Part shown: positions 11,234-25,157 of the stretch, piece after piece
How the letters are laid out: the number at the start of each line of letters is the position of its first letter
Position numbering within the stretch: the stretch's first letter is position 1
Source: Octopus vulgaris
Taxonomy: Eukaryota
Direction of reading: 5' to 3'
Length of the DNA: 64,000 nucleotides
NCBI GenBank assembly: GCA_951406725.2
Contig: OX597821.1
Location: 83,204,001 to 83,268,000 of the forward strand
Notes under the pieces: model-generated
What the model was told of the DNA's origin: nothing
What the model saw: the letters and a program-made list of their open reading frames with translations, nothing else
The model's database searches: none
Program-made: the position numbers and the translations under genes

Positions 11234-12464
11234 TCATCAGGAGCAGAAGCACAAAAACCACCACCACTGCGACGACAATGACAACCGTCACACCTAGCAT
11301 CAACACCGTCGTCGCCACCACCATCACCACTACTACCAAAACCACCACCTCCACTATGGCGACGACGATGACAACCACCACCACCACCACCACCACCACC
11401 ACCACCGCCAATGCCACCACCTGTACCTTACGGCTGCGTCTGTTTTCTCTCCTCTTCGACGGCTGCACTTTACATCGGCTTCGGCGTTCGCGTTTGAATG
11501 ACATTCGGCAGCAGCTTTGATGAGCAAGGTCAAGGAGTAGACGGGACAGGTGAATGCTGGTGGATCTTTATCTACCTGAAGTGCTAGCTTCAGACAGAAC
11601 ACCTGCTCGACAGGTGTTCTCCTCCTCCTCCTCCTTATTACAAAAGCTAATTACTGACTGACATGGCGTCGGATTTACTTAATTCTTCAACAGACTACTT
11701 ACGGTCTTAGCTGCACACACACGCATACACACACACGCACAAGCACGCATGCACACGCCTACACACACACATGCACACGTACATAAACACACGCTCGCAC
11801 ACGCGCACACACACATGCACACACACATACACGCACACACGCAGACATATACACACACATACACGCACACACGCAGACACATACACACACACGCACACAC
11901 GCAGACATATACACACACACACACACGCACACACACCTATGCACACGCGCACACACACGCACGCACGCCTATGCACACGCACACACACACATACACACAC
12001 GCACACACACACACGCACACACACACACACACACGCAGACACATACACACACAGACCTACACACACACGCACACACATACGCACACATGCACGCATACAC
12101 ATATGCATATGTTAGTCTGTGTGTTTGTGTTTGTATGTGTAAATATGTATTTGTATGCATGTATGTCATTATATATCTTATCTTTAATTTGTCATTACAC
12201 TGCGGCCATGCTGGGGCACCGCCTTGAAGAATTTTAGTCAAACGAATCGAAGTAGTACTTAGTTTTTCTTCTTAAGCCAGGCACTAATTTTATCAGTATC
12301 TAGTGCTGAACCGCTAAGTTATGGAGACGTAACCACTCCAACACCAGTTATCAAGCGCGTGTTGGGCACACACACACACACTTATATATATACATACATG
12401 CATATGTACAGCTATGCGTGTGTGTGTGTGTGCTTGATCGCTAAATCCACAAGTTTTTTTATTC

Positions 12465-12612
12465 TCTCTCATTATATTTTCTCGTATTCCTTTCTGTTGA
12501 AGAGCGTAAGCTCAAAACATAAAGACTTTCTCAGTCTCCCGAGCATTAAACTAATACACCTGCTTCTTGTTCACACACCTGTCTTCGTCTTGTTTTTCTG
12601 TAAATTTCAACT
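12465..12612 (+). mobile_element. Penelope-like terminal-repeat fragment (more diverged)
   Basis: CTTT-CTGTTGA-A-GAGC-GTAA-GCTC-AAAACAT-AAAG, followed by (TA)n. Confidence 0.5.
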
Positions 12613-12874
12613 ATATATATATATATTTCTTTACTACCCACAAGGGGCTAAACACAGAGGGGACAAACAAGGACAGGCAAAGCGATTAAGTCGATTCCAT
12701 CGGCCCCAGTGCGTAACTGGTACTTAATTTATCGACCCAGAAAGGATGAAAGGCAAAGTCAACCTCGGCGGAATTTGAACCCAGAACGTAACGGCAGACG
12801 AAATACGGCTACGCATTTCGCCCGGCGTGCTACCGTTTCTGCCAGCTCGCCGCCTTGTATATATCTCTCTATAT

Positions 12875-12962
<88 letters not shown>

Positions 12963-13151
12963 CATATGTATTTACTTTTTGTCTTTCGATCGTTTCAATC
13001 ATTGGACAGTGACCATACTGTGGCACCAAGTTGAAGAGTTTTGTAGAACAAATCGGCCCCAGTACTTATTCTGTCGTTCTCTTTTGGCGATCGGCTACAT
13101 GTGCGGTGGTAAATAAAGCAACGGCGGTCGTCAAGTGAAAAGGGAACACAC

Positions 13152-13198
<47 letters not shown>

Positions 13199-13254
13199 AA
13201 ACGCACACTTACAACGTGCATCTTCAGTTTCGTCCACCAGTTCTTCTCAGTCAA

Positions 13255-13430
13255 TCCAAGTATAGTGGTCAAGTATAGTGTTATTGGACGCTCAGGAAAG
13301 GAAAGAAAGAAGTAGGATTTAACGTTTGGAGCGGAGCTCTTCGTCAGAAACATAGAAAAAAGGAAAGGTCCAAGGAAGGGAAGACGGAGAAAGAAAATCG
13401 CCAACGATGCACACGCGGTCACATATTGAA
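13255..13430 (-). mobile_element. Related Penelope-like fragment with canonical CTGANGA
   Basis: TTT-CTGACGA-A-GAGC-TCC-GCTC-CAAACGTT-AAA, with the downstream TTCCTGAGCGT shared with the other copies. Confidence 0.5.
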
Positions 13431-13721
13431 ATGACCGGAAGGGAAAGGGTAAAGAAAAAGTTCTTTCAAAGACAGAAGAGTGCAAGAGAAGGAGGTAATA
13501 TATATATATAGTCATTTATTCTTTTGCTTATTTCAGTCACTTGACTGCGTCCATGCTGGAGCACCGCCTTTAGTCGAACAAATCGACCCCAGGACTTATT
13601 CTTTGAAAGCCGAGTACTTTTTTTAGCGGTTTCTTTTGCCGAACCGCTAAGTTACAGAGACGTAAATACAACAACATCGGTTTTCAAGCGATGGTGGAGG
13701 AAACAAACACTGACACGTAAT

Positions 13722-13789
<68 letters not shown>

Positions 13790-14377
13790 ACGGGCTTCTT
13801 TCTGTTTCCGTCTACCAAATCCACTCACAAGATTTTGGTCGGCCCGATGCTATAGTAGGAAACACTTGCCCAAGGTGCCATATGTTTGGGACTCAAGCTT
13901 CTTACCACACAGCTACTCCTTCGCACATGTGTGCGTGTGTATGTGTTTATGTGTGTGTGTGAGTGTGTGAGTGTGTGTGTATGTGTGTGCGTGTGTGTGT
14001 GTATGCATGCAGATATGTATATGCAGGTATATAAATTTAGATGTAAATGTTGAACCCAATACATTCCGAGCGACCGATCCTATCTGATCATATAATGTCA
14101 CAAAAAAAGCTCGATAAATTAATTTGCAACAAATTAGGATATCCAGACCTGGAACACATTAATCTGCTTGACAAAGATAAAACTGAGAAAGGTCTTCTTG
14201 GAAAATATCACATCAGACAATCATGTGGGAAAATAGTAACTGTTTATCACAAGAGCATGGGCTTGTATCTACTAACCGAATCCCTAATCCGCTTTGACGG
14301 CCAGCTTCAAAAATTGTCATTGTGCAGGCTTCTGCACGGAAGTCTTGACGCCATGATCATGTCATTCTCCTTGCATT

Positions 14378-14440
<63 letters not shown>

Positions 14441-16739
14441 GTGCGCGTGTGTGTGTGTGAAGAATTATGTTCTCTGGTCTACTTTATCCAATCATCACTG
14501 ACTGGACATTCATTGTTTTGACTACAGTACTTTTTGGCACTGGAGGCAAATGCGCACTCATACGCGTGCCCCCAAAATACTCATACAGATAGTGAAAGAA
14601 ACAGAGGGAAAGAGAAAGAGAGAGGGGAAGAGGGAAGGGAGAGAGAGGAAGGGGGTGGAATGAGGCAAATAAACATATTAATTGAACACAAGTGACATAA
14701 ATACTTTCCTTCTTCTTTTAGATATAAACAGAAATATACTTACAAACATAAACACAAATACACACAAAAATAGCGAGAGATAGATAGATAGAGACAGACA
14801 GACAGACATACAGACAGACAGACATACAGACAGATAGAGAAGGAGTGAGAGAAGCTGAGAGACAGACAAGTAGACAGAAAGACAGACATAAACACAGAGA
14901 GAGGGAGAGAGAGAGAGTGGGAGAGAAAGAGAGAGGGATAAAACGTGGTAAACAATAAAATGAAAGAAACAGTAATGTCTGATGTCAAATAAGTCAGCGT
15001 CAACTCAGCGACGCCAAAAGGGCAGTGTCGAAACGACCGCCAGACAGCAGTGTCAAAGTGTCTCGTACTCGAGTTACAAGAGGTCTGCTGCTAGTAGCGT
15101 AATTAGTAATGCTGCTGCTGCTGCTGATGATGATGATGATTGTGGTTGTGGAACAAGTGGATGGTGGTGGTGGTCTGCTGGTCATGTGAATGAGATGCTG
15201 CTGAAGTGTTGATGATATTGTTGTTATTGATGCAGCTGTGCTTGCGGTTGATGAGACTGTTTGGCTCTGGGTCAGCCCTGACTGAATGGATCTAAGATAA
15301 TGGGCATTCCAACGGCGACCATCACCTCTTTTTCCATTACATAGAAGACTCTAGACCTCATATGCAATTTTGTACATTGCTAAAATGGTGGCTTAGGATT
15401 TGAAGATCTAGCTGCTATTTCTGGCGTATCGAACGACCACGTAGGGGCTCCCACAGGGGGCGGCTGCTACAATGTTATGATTAAAGGTGGCGAAGGGAAG
15501 GCAGCCAAATGGTGCGGATGGTAACGGGGTGGGGGAGGATGTTGACGGAAAGCAATGATTTAAAATGACATTTTATCCCACTCTGCTAACCCCTACAAAC
15601 CACCACAAACCCCCAACAAATCCTGCAACCCGCCTTCCTTCCACCTCACTGAAATCCTCTGTCAAACTCTGCACCACCCACCTCCACATCCGACCCTTCC
15701 ATTTCGTTTAACAGCTGATCAGTATGGTGGTGGTGGTGGTGAAGACGGTCGAGGTGGGTGTACAAAGGGTGTAGGGGATGGTAATGTCGGTTCGTGTGTC
15801 AAGACACGCTTCCTTTGTCGTCGTGTGCCCGACGTATATTTTACACCTGCCACCCCACTCTCAACAACCAGCCGAATACCCGTCACTCTTCGTGTGCACG
15901 CACACACACACTCACACACGCACACTCACACTCATGCGTAATAACTTATTCAACAAACATGTACACACATCTATTCATATTGTATATATATATATATATA
16001 TATACACACACATACTCACAAACACACACACACACACATATATACACATCTCCAGAAATACACATGCGAGTGTATTTGCATTACCTCACATGCACACACA
16101 CGCACACTCACATTCAACAATATACCCGAAAAGCATTACACGCACACATCATCGCGAGCGCACACACACGCAAACGCACACATACACACACATATTCACA
16201 CTGACACACGCATGCGCGTGCCCACACAGACACACACAGACACACACACACACACACATTTAAACATTTTATGCATGTGTGCGTGGAAACTACCTTCTGC
16301 GACTCTCTTAGTTTCCTCTTGACCCCGGATCACTTCTGTCCCCCTATCCCCACCTCCAACTCCTCACAACGCATACACAAGCACTCCGTCTGACCCCTAC
16401 GACTTTCCCTTGCGATTAAAGGCCCTTTGTCAGCTGCATTCCCATCGGACCCCCCCACCCACCCATACCATTACCCAGTCTCAGCACAGAACCAGCTCTG
16501 TGTGGGAACAGACACTCAACACCGTCACTTGCACCACCACCATCATCACCACAGCCGCCGCCAACCCTGCCAATAACACCACCACCACCACCACCACCAC
16601 CACCACCACCACCACCTTACCCCACCGCTACCATGCTTGAGAGAAAGAGAGAGAGAGAAGGAGGTGCGGAAGGAGGGAGGGTCATGGAAGAAATTGCCTT
16701 TCATCAAAAGCTTTTCGCTGGGGCTGACTTGGGGCTTAA

Positions 16740-17600
16740 AACAGCAACAAAGGCAGCAGCAGCAGCAGTAGCAGCAGCAACCATAACGACAACAATAGCA
16801 ACAACATTTGTAATAACAGCAAAAACAAGGGCAGCGGTAATGATAATAGCAAAAGGACTGGCGACAGCTGCAATAGCGACGACAATGCCACCTGTAGCAG
16901 GAGGAGAAGAAGAAGAAGAAGAAGAAGAAGAAGAAGAAGAAGAAGAAGAAGAAGAAGAAGAAGAAGAAGAAGAAGAAGAAAAAAGAAAAAGAAGAAGAAG
17001 AACAAGAACAAGAACAAGAACAAGAAGAAGAACAAGAACAAGAACAAGAACAAGAAGAACAACAACAACATTCGAAGCAACAGCACCTGCAACAACATTA
17101 ACAATAGGAATGACAATAGCAATAATAGAACAGTAACAACGGCATCAACGATAGCAACATCATCATCATCATTAGCAGCAGCAGCAGTTACAACAACAAC
17201 AATGGTAGCTGCCGCAGCACCGTTAGCAACGTCAATTGCAACAATAACAATACGAACGAGTATAGCAACAACAGCAACAATAACAACAGGACGAACAATA
17301 GCAACAAGTGTGACAATGCCAACAGCAGCAATAACAACAACAACAACAACAATATCTGCAGTAACAACAATAGCAGCAAACGTACACTGACAACAATAGC
17401 AACAGCATCAGCCAAAGCAGCAACAGAAACAATAATAGCAACAGCAGCCTTAACAATAACAACAGAAGCACCAACTGTAACAATAGCAACAGCAGGGGGG
17501 AAATAGCAACAACAAAAGCAGCAATGGTGTCAATAGCAACAACACAATAACAAAAAAGATGGAATAGGAATAGTTGGTAGAATAGCAACGGTAGCAACTG
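16740..17600. repeat. Long compound/cryptic trinucleotide tract (GCA/ACA/ATA, (GAA)n, (AGAACA)n)
   Basis: Direct reading. Confidence 0.9.
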
Positions 17601-17927
17601 GTTGCAAGGTGATCTTCTTAACCACACACAATACCCGTGTCTGTAACGAACAATATCAAAATAACTTCTATATTAGCGTTCGAATTTCCGAGAAACCGTT
17701 CCTAAATCTCCCTCAGAAAAAACTTCCTACGATTTTGAAAATAATAAAAACATGACGTTGAGATAGTCATAATGAATGGTGGTATTTGTGAAAATATGAT
17801 TGGAATGCCACGGACGGGATGGTTTTGATTTGGGAGTCTGCTTCAAACGAAACTGGGGCTACTTAATAAGAATACTGACAAAGCTCATTTATTAAGCTAT
17901 TTGTGTGTGTGTGGTGTGGTGTGGTGT

Positions 17928-17978
<51 letters not shown>

Positions 17979-18381
17979 TAAATATCGTCTGCAGCCAATC
18001 CGAAGGAAAAAGGAAAGAAAGAAAATTCGCCGAAATTTACCCATAATGCAGCACGACGTTCGTATGATAAGCAAAGTAGAAACGATTTTTCAATGCTGTT
18101 TACAATAACCAAAAATGCAGTTCAAACACACACACACACTCACACTCACACTTACACTCACACTTACACTCACACTGTTCCAGAGACCACCCGGATTTTA
18201 TTAAACTCAACTAATTAGAATCCGAGCCATTCAGGCCGAATGTTTTCCTCTAGCCATGACATTCCCTCCAGCTATTTCGCTTGTCACACGACATAGAAAC
18301 CTTTTGAAACAGACACGACACGTGCCTTGTCGGTGATAGCCTCAGCTGTGTGTGTGTGTATGCGTGTGCGTGCATGTGTGG

Positions 18382-18438
<57 letters not shown>

Positions 18439-19419
18439 CTTATATTAACATGTATGTATGTTTGTTCGTATGTGTATATATATATATTGTATTTTCCCTA
18501 TTGCTTTTGTTTTTTTAGCTGAGGCAGCTGAAGCACTCACTATTAGGTGGCGCGTGTGTGTGTGCGTGAGTGAGTGAGTGAGTGTGTGTGTCAGTGTGTG
18601 TGTGTGTGTGTGTGTATGAGTACGTGTGTGTGTGAGTGAGTGAGTGAGTGAGTGAGTGAGTGAGTGAGTGAGTGTGTATGAGTACGTGTGTGTGCGTGCG
18701 CTAGCATGAGGTCGCGTGTGAGTGTCTGTATGTTTTCCTGGTTTATTTTTTGAAACATTCGTCAATGGAAAAAAAAAATCAGTTTGTAGCCTTGAAACAA
18801 GGCACGTCATTGGAAATTTAACAATATCAACAGAGTAATTATGTATGTATGTATGTATGTATGTATGTTTGTATGTATGTATGTATGTATGTATGTATGT
18901 ATGTATGTATGTGTGTATGTATGTATGTATGTATGTATGTATGTATGTATGTATGTATGTCTGTATGTATGTATGTATGTACATATATGTAAGTGTACAT
19001 GTATACATATGTTTAGTTCACATTCTTACTCCGTATGGAATATACATTCGCTTTCCCGGTTTCTCTGGCGTTTTTATTTATCCTTGGACAGGACCCTGGT
19101 TCGTCACAGGAATTCTTATACTTATACACGCATATGCACGTATGAATACGCGTATAAATATGCATGCATACGCGTCTTCAGGCAAGGAAGTCTTTGCGTA
19201 TATGGATTTTATTAAATCTTCTCGAAGGTTTTATACATTTCTGACAACGCCTTTGATAGTTTTGAGAAACCTAGCACTTCAAGATTTCGTACTAAGATAA
19301 TCACATATCTAAGTGTTCCAATAATTATAGGTGGAAATCAAAAATTATATTCTAGATGAGAGTAACTGTAGATTTTTCATCAGGTCTTCATTGATGTTTG
19401 CTTTTTCACTAATCTTTAA

Positions 19420-20300
19420 CATTATATTAATAAGAGCCGGTTAATTAATTTCAAGTAATGTGCATTAAATCCGGTCTGCTATGTTCAGACCTTGCTGAAT
19501 TTTATAACAAGAATATTTCACCAGTATTCGCTCAGATAATCTGATTACAAGAAAACCACCGCCTGGATTCGACAGCACACGAGAGTCAACGACATCATAA
19601 GAACCATCAAGATCAAATATAGAAGAATGTGTGACAAAGCCGAACCAAGCGAATACAAGAGTTTACAGAGGGAGGGCAAGAGAAACTCAGTCAACAGTCA
19701 GTACAATCTGGTAGGATCTGGCAGTACGATTTGATAGGAAGTTATTGATCCAAAAGATGAGAGATGAGGGAGAGCTTGTCGGTGGAAAGTTCTAATTGGA
19801 GATTTTCATGCCAGGCATGGTCGAAGGTTTTGCTTTCACGGAACACTATAGTAAGATCCTACTTATGAGCAGCGTAAAAGTGTAGGTTTCCAGTGGATCT
19901 GGCTCTGCGGAAGCCATACTGGTGGTCACTGGGGCGGGGAGGGAGAGAAAGAGGGGGAAAGAGAGGGGAGAGCGAGTGAGCGAGATTCCCGCTGTTGGAT
20001 AGCGTCATCGTTATTGGAAGCCTTCATTTTCTTGGAGTGACATCAATACGGCGATTGCTGGATTGGATCAGATGGGTCGTGTCACAACAGTGTGATTCCA
20101 GATGTCAGGGTACGTTCCCATAGACAGTAAAAAACAAAAGGATTTGGTGAGTATAGGAGCAAGTTCGAGTGCACAACGAGTGTAATAGAAGGGACATCTT
20201 CAGGTCTTGTAGTCTTGTTTGATTGAAGTAACCAGAGATATTTCTGCGCTTGGACTGTACATATTTAGGGCAGGGACTTTGTGGGGTGAAAGTTAACACA
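19420..20300 (-). mobile_element. Highly decayed LINE reverse-transcriptase fragment
   Basis: Minus-strand remnants CALELAPILTK, SKTFDHAWHENL and FWINNFLSNRT resemble RT motifs CA.ELA..L, SKAFD.VWH.GL and WI..FLS.R. Confidence 0.6.
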
Positions 20301-20695
20301 ATAATAATCACGATGACATACTTGAACAACTACTTACGATATATGTATGTGTGTATGTATGTATGTATGTATGTATGTATGTATGTATGTATGTATGTGT
20401 GTGTATGTATGTATGTATGTACGTATTATTTTACTCTTTTATTCTTTCACTTGTTACAGGCATTTGACTGTGGCCATGCTGGGGCACCGCCATGAAGGGT
20501 TTCAGTCGAACAAATCGACTTCAGGACGTATTTTTTAAACTTAAAGAAAAAGTCCTGAAGTCTTTGTGTATGTGTTTGTTCTCCATTACCACTTGACAAC
20601 CGATGTTGGTGTATTTACGTCTTTGTGGATTAGCGGTTCGGCAAAGTGAGCAATAGAATAATACTAGGCTTTAAAATTTTTACACATACACAAAG

Positions 20696-20748
<53 letters not shown>

Positions 20749-20789
20749 TACATACATACATACATACATACATACATACATACATACAA

Positions 20790-20868
<79 letters not shown>

Positions 20869-21182
20869 CACAGTCTTCCTTCAGTTTCTGTCTACCAAAT
20901 CCACTCACAAGGCTTTGGTCGGCCCGAAGCTATAGCAGAAGACACTTGCTCAAGTTACCACGCACGTGACTGAACCCAGAACCATGTGGTTAAGAAGCCC
21001 ACACAGCCACGCTTGCGCCTGTGTATGTAAATTTTATGTCAATCTATTTCAAAGGTGATTACTTCTCGGTTAAATACACTACAATAGCTTATTTTTTAAT
21101 ACTTTTCAGACATAACCAGCCTAGGTTATAATAAGAACGGAACAAACTGTGCAAGCATAAATTTTAGTTGAGAATAATTTCG

Positions 21183-21405
21183 TGTGGAGGCGCAATGGCC
21201 CAGTGGTTAGGGCAGCGGACTTGCGGTCGGAGGATCGCGGTTTCGATTCCCAAACCGGGCGTTGTGTGTGTTTATTGAGCGAAAACACCTAAAAGCTCCA
21301 CGAGGCTCCGGCAGGGGATAGTGGTGATCCCTGCTGTACTCTTTCACCACTCTAAAGGCGGTGCTCCAGCATGGCCGCAGTCAAATGACTGAAACAAGTA
21401 CAAAA
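21183..21405 (+). mobile_element. tRNA-derived SINE family C, joined to a family-A tail
   Basis: TGGCCCAGTGGTTAGGGCAGCGGACTTGCGGTC..GATCGCGGTTTCGATTCCC is a tRNA-like head with A/B boxes. After ACCACTCT the sequence continues as the family-A tail AAAGGCGGTGCTCCAGCATGG. Confidence 0.75.
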
Positions 21406-21985
21406 AAAAAAAAATATGATATTCCTTAAATACAGCATTTCTTTTTCTTTATTGATGACTCTTGATTCTGTTAGCTTTCTTTGACCTTCATAGTATTCAA
21501 ATCCCTAATATAACGGCAAATAACAGATAGATTAATTAGCTGAGTTGTACGTGAATCCAATTGACATAATCGTTTTTTACATCCAGTTGCCTGTTTGGAA
21601 ATCGGGTTTCTTTGTAAACTGTCACTTTGTTCCTCCAACTCTTGTTTCTTATTCTGTCCGTACAACCTCTTACATTCTCATTTTAATCCTCTCTCATTAT
21701 CAATCTATATGTTGCTTTCTACTCCGGTCAAATTAATAATAAAAAAAAACCTCATCCTTTAACTCACTTCCATTTTAATTCTCTACTGTCACTCATTCTC
21801 TGTCGTCTGCTAAACTCCTACTTCCACCATATCTCCTTGTCCTGACGAAAGTAGGTGACATGTAACTTTTATATGGAGAAAGATACAAAATAGATTACAT
21901 TAATAATATTACCAATATTGATAATAACAACACCGACAATATAGTTATATACAAAAGTGCAACGGCGAGCGAGAGAATAAGAGGG

Positions 21986-22029
<44 letters not shown>

Positions 22030-23545
22030 CAATGCAAATATTCAAATATGAATAACTGGTTTTCAGATCGTAGAAAATTTCTGTTAACAATGTGATCATT
22101 AAGTACCAGTGCGTAACTGATACTTAATTTATCGACCCCGAATGTACGATAGGCAAAGTCGAGCTCGGCGGAATTTGAACTCAGAACGTAAAGACAGACG
22201 AAATACCGCTAAGCAGTTCGTCCGGCGTGCTAACGTTTCTGCCAGCTCACCGCCTTACACACACACACATACACACGCGGACGCACACACACACAAGCAC
22301 ACATATGCACGCACACACACATACACGCACACACACATACACGCACACACACATATATACACGACAGGCTTCCTTCAGTTTCCGTCTACCACATCCACTC
22401 ACAAGGCTTTGGTCTGTCCGAGGCTATAGTAGAAGACACTTGCCAAAGATGCCACGCAGTAAGACTGAACCCAGACCCATATAATTTGAAAGCAAGCGTC
22501 TTACCACACAGCCACACCTACCCATACATAACTGCTTTTTTTAAAGTCTTTTCTTGTTTTTCTTCATTCTTTTTTCTATCTGCAATTCTTTTGTCCTTCT
22601 TTCACCTCTCTGTTCGGCAGAACACTGACACAACAAATATTCCACGGCTGATTGCGTCACAAATTTAATGTCACACTCGTGATGTAAGCAGACGGTCGTT
22701 CCACCCGTTGCTTCACCTAGGCTTTCCCAAATGACTTTGCAAAAAATAAATAAACTGATAAAATAAAATGCAATCGTCAACTTACCAGTGAAACACAAGT
22801 TGTTTCTATCATCACCAGTTCAAATAATACGAGGGTGTGCTGAAAATTTCCCCCCCTCTAAGAAACAGGTATTTCGTCTGCCGTTACGTACTGAGTTCAA
22901 ATTCTGCCGAGGTCGACTTTGCTTTTCATCCTTTCGGGGTCGATATATTAAGCACCAATTACGCACTAGGGTCGATGTAATCGACTTAATCTCTTTGTCT
23001 GCCCTTGTTTGTCCCCTCTGTGTTTAGCCCCCTTATGGGCAATGAAAAAATAAGTATAAGTACCAGGCTTAGAGACAAATAAAAGAATAGAAAAATGTGC
23101 AGTAGTCACTGAGATGACCACTCACAAAATGCAACTAAAAGTTATTCAAGGCCGTGCCCCAGCTTGGCCGCATTCTAATGACTGAATCTAGCAAATGGTA
23201 AAAGATAGATGTGTTCTCTATTATTTTCCCCCTGCTGTGTATATTTTCCTGAATTCGATGTTGAAACAATACGCAAGTTTACGAATAAAGGTGCTTTAGT
23301 TAACTTAACTCTATGATAGTTCGTTAAATCACATAAGTTCTTAACATGAATCATTCCTTTATATATACACGTTGAATTTCCCCTTTTTTAAATTCATACA
23401 GATTTGGGATGAGATAAGAAATAAAAAGTAACAGCTAACAGAAGAGTCCTAAACACTTGAATATTTTACCGCTATATTTATTTTCGGATCGCTGTTTATT
23501 CAATAGAAAGCTGCTAAGCTTCTGGAAGTAGTTACTATGATATAT

Positions 23546-23627
<82 letters not shown>

Positions 23628-24407
23628 GTGTGTGTGTGTGTGTTTGCATGTGTGTGTGTGTGTGCGCGTGTTTCTGTGTGTGTTTGGGTGTGTACATATA
23701 TACGTATATATATATACACGCACATACATACATAGTGAATCTTGCATGCATGAAGTGGATTCGATCCACCATTGCCAAATTCAAATTAACACTGCAACAT
23801 AACTTTTCCCACGATGGAACAATGGTTTTTCTCTGACAGCAGTTTTACATTTTCCAGATGCCTTTAGCTAGTCCGAAATAACGTCTTCACCAGTTGACCC
23901 TTTCTAACCTCTTCTACTTACCCAAAAGCTAGAATAGAGATAACAAGATCCCCAACTAAATCTATTGTTCCCAATGATATATCTATCCTTCTGGATCTTT
24001 ATATAAGCAAGCACGCCCCAAGCAAAAACCAGTCCATCACAGTCGGTGACGACTCAACGAAGTCTGGCTGACCAGCTAGAACCTTGGTCAGAGGGAGAAA
24101 GCAACAGTGAGACGACACCCTACAATTCTCTCGAGCTCTAATTCTGTCCTCTTACAACATCATTCTATCTCTCTCTGTATTTACTACTAAACAATGAAGA
24201 GGACACAAACACAAACTTTACTTCGCATGCTTTTGGATTAATCATTGCCTGCCCTTCGAGACAAGGTATTGTAACGTAACGGTAAATAAATACTTTCTTA
24301 AAACTTTATACATTGTCCATCTTTCACATCCTACAGTATGCTATCATAACAACAAACTTTTATCGTTGCAACTGCTGACTTAATGTTTACAAGTCAATTA
24401 AACCCAT

Positions 24408-24464
<57 letters not shown>

Positions 24465-24559
24465 TATATATATTCATATGTGTATGTAGCTATGACTCCC
24501 TCTCTCGATATGTATTATATGCATATATATGCATATATCATTTGTACGATGTGGAGATT

Positions 24560-24965
24560 ATACCGCCAGCATTACCCAAACGACCTGAATATTAGTTTCA
24601 AAGTTCATTCAAGGCTGGGACCACGGGCCATAGTCCCCTCCCTGCCCAATTCAAGATCACAACATATAGGTACCCTGCGACATAATTCCTTTCCCTCAAC
24701 AGGCCCTACCCTGTTTAACATTGTCCCAAAACAGATCAAAGAGGAAAAGGATCCCATCACCTTTAAACGGAGTCTGGATAAATTTCTTCAAGGAATACCA
24801 AATAAGCCACCCATACCTGGATACAACTCACTCAACAAGAACTATATACTTGAATGGACCATAAACAAAACTTGACTTAAATAGGATTTAGATAATCCTA
24901 TCAGGTGGTGCTATTACGTTAGACATGGCCTGGACCAATCTTTGGTCGAAACATATCTAAGTTTA
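24560..24965 (+). mobile_element. 3' end of a CR1/L2-group LINE
   Basis: RLGPRA...TLRHNSFPSTGPTLFNIVPKQIKEEKDPITFKRSLDKFLQGIPNKP matches the post-RT SF....P.LWN.LP......FK..LD.FL motif. Followed by a 3' UTR and (TA)n. Confidence 0.78.
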
Positions 24966-24973
24966 TCTATATA

Positions 24974-25065
<92 letters not shown>

Positions 25066-25114
25066 GAGCCAGACACATTCGTGTGCCCTGATCATTGGCA
25101 TAATTTTAATTTTA

Positions 25115-25157
<43 letters not shown>

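Noticed and set aside
14047-14380. Non-repetitive ORF (MLNPIHSERP...) as an exon
   Set aside because: No recognisable homology or clear splice signals; possibly an old TE remnant, but unsupported.
16633-17136. 167-aa ORF with poly-A/T/E/RT runs
   Set aside because: Trinucleotide and hexanucleotide repeat translation, open in several frames and on both strands.
21190-21260. tRNA gene
   Set aside because: A/B boxes are present but there is no closed acceptor stem; it continues into a SINE body also seen at 62912.
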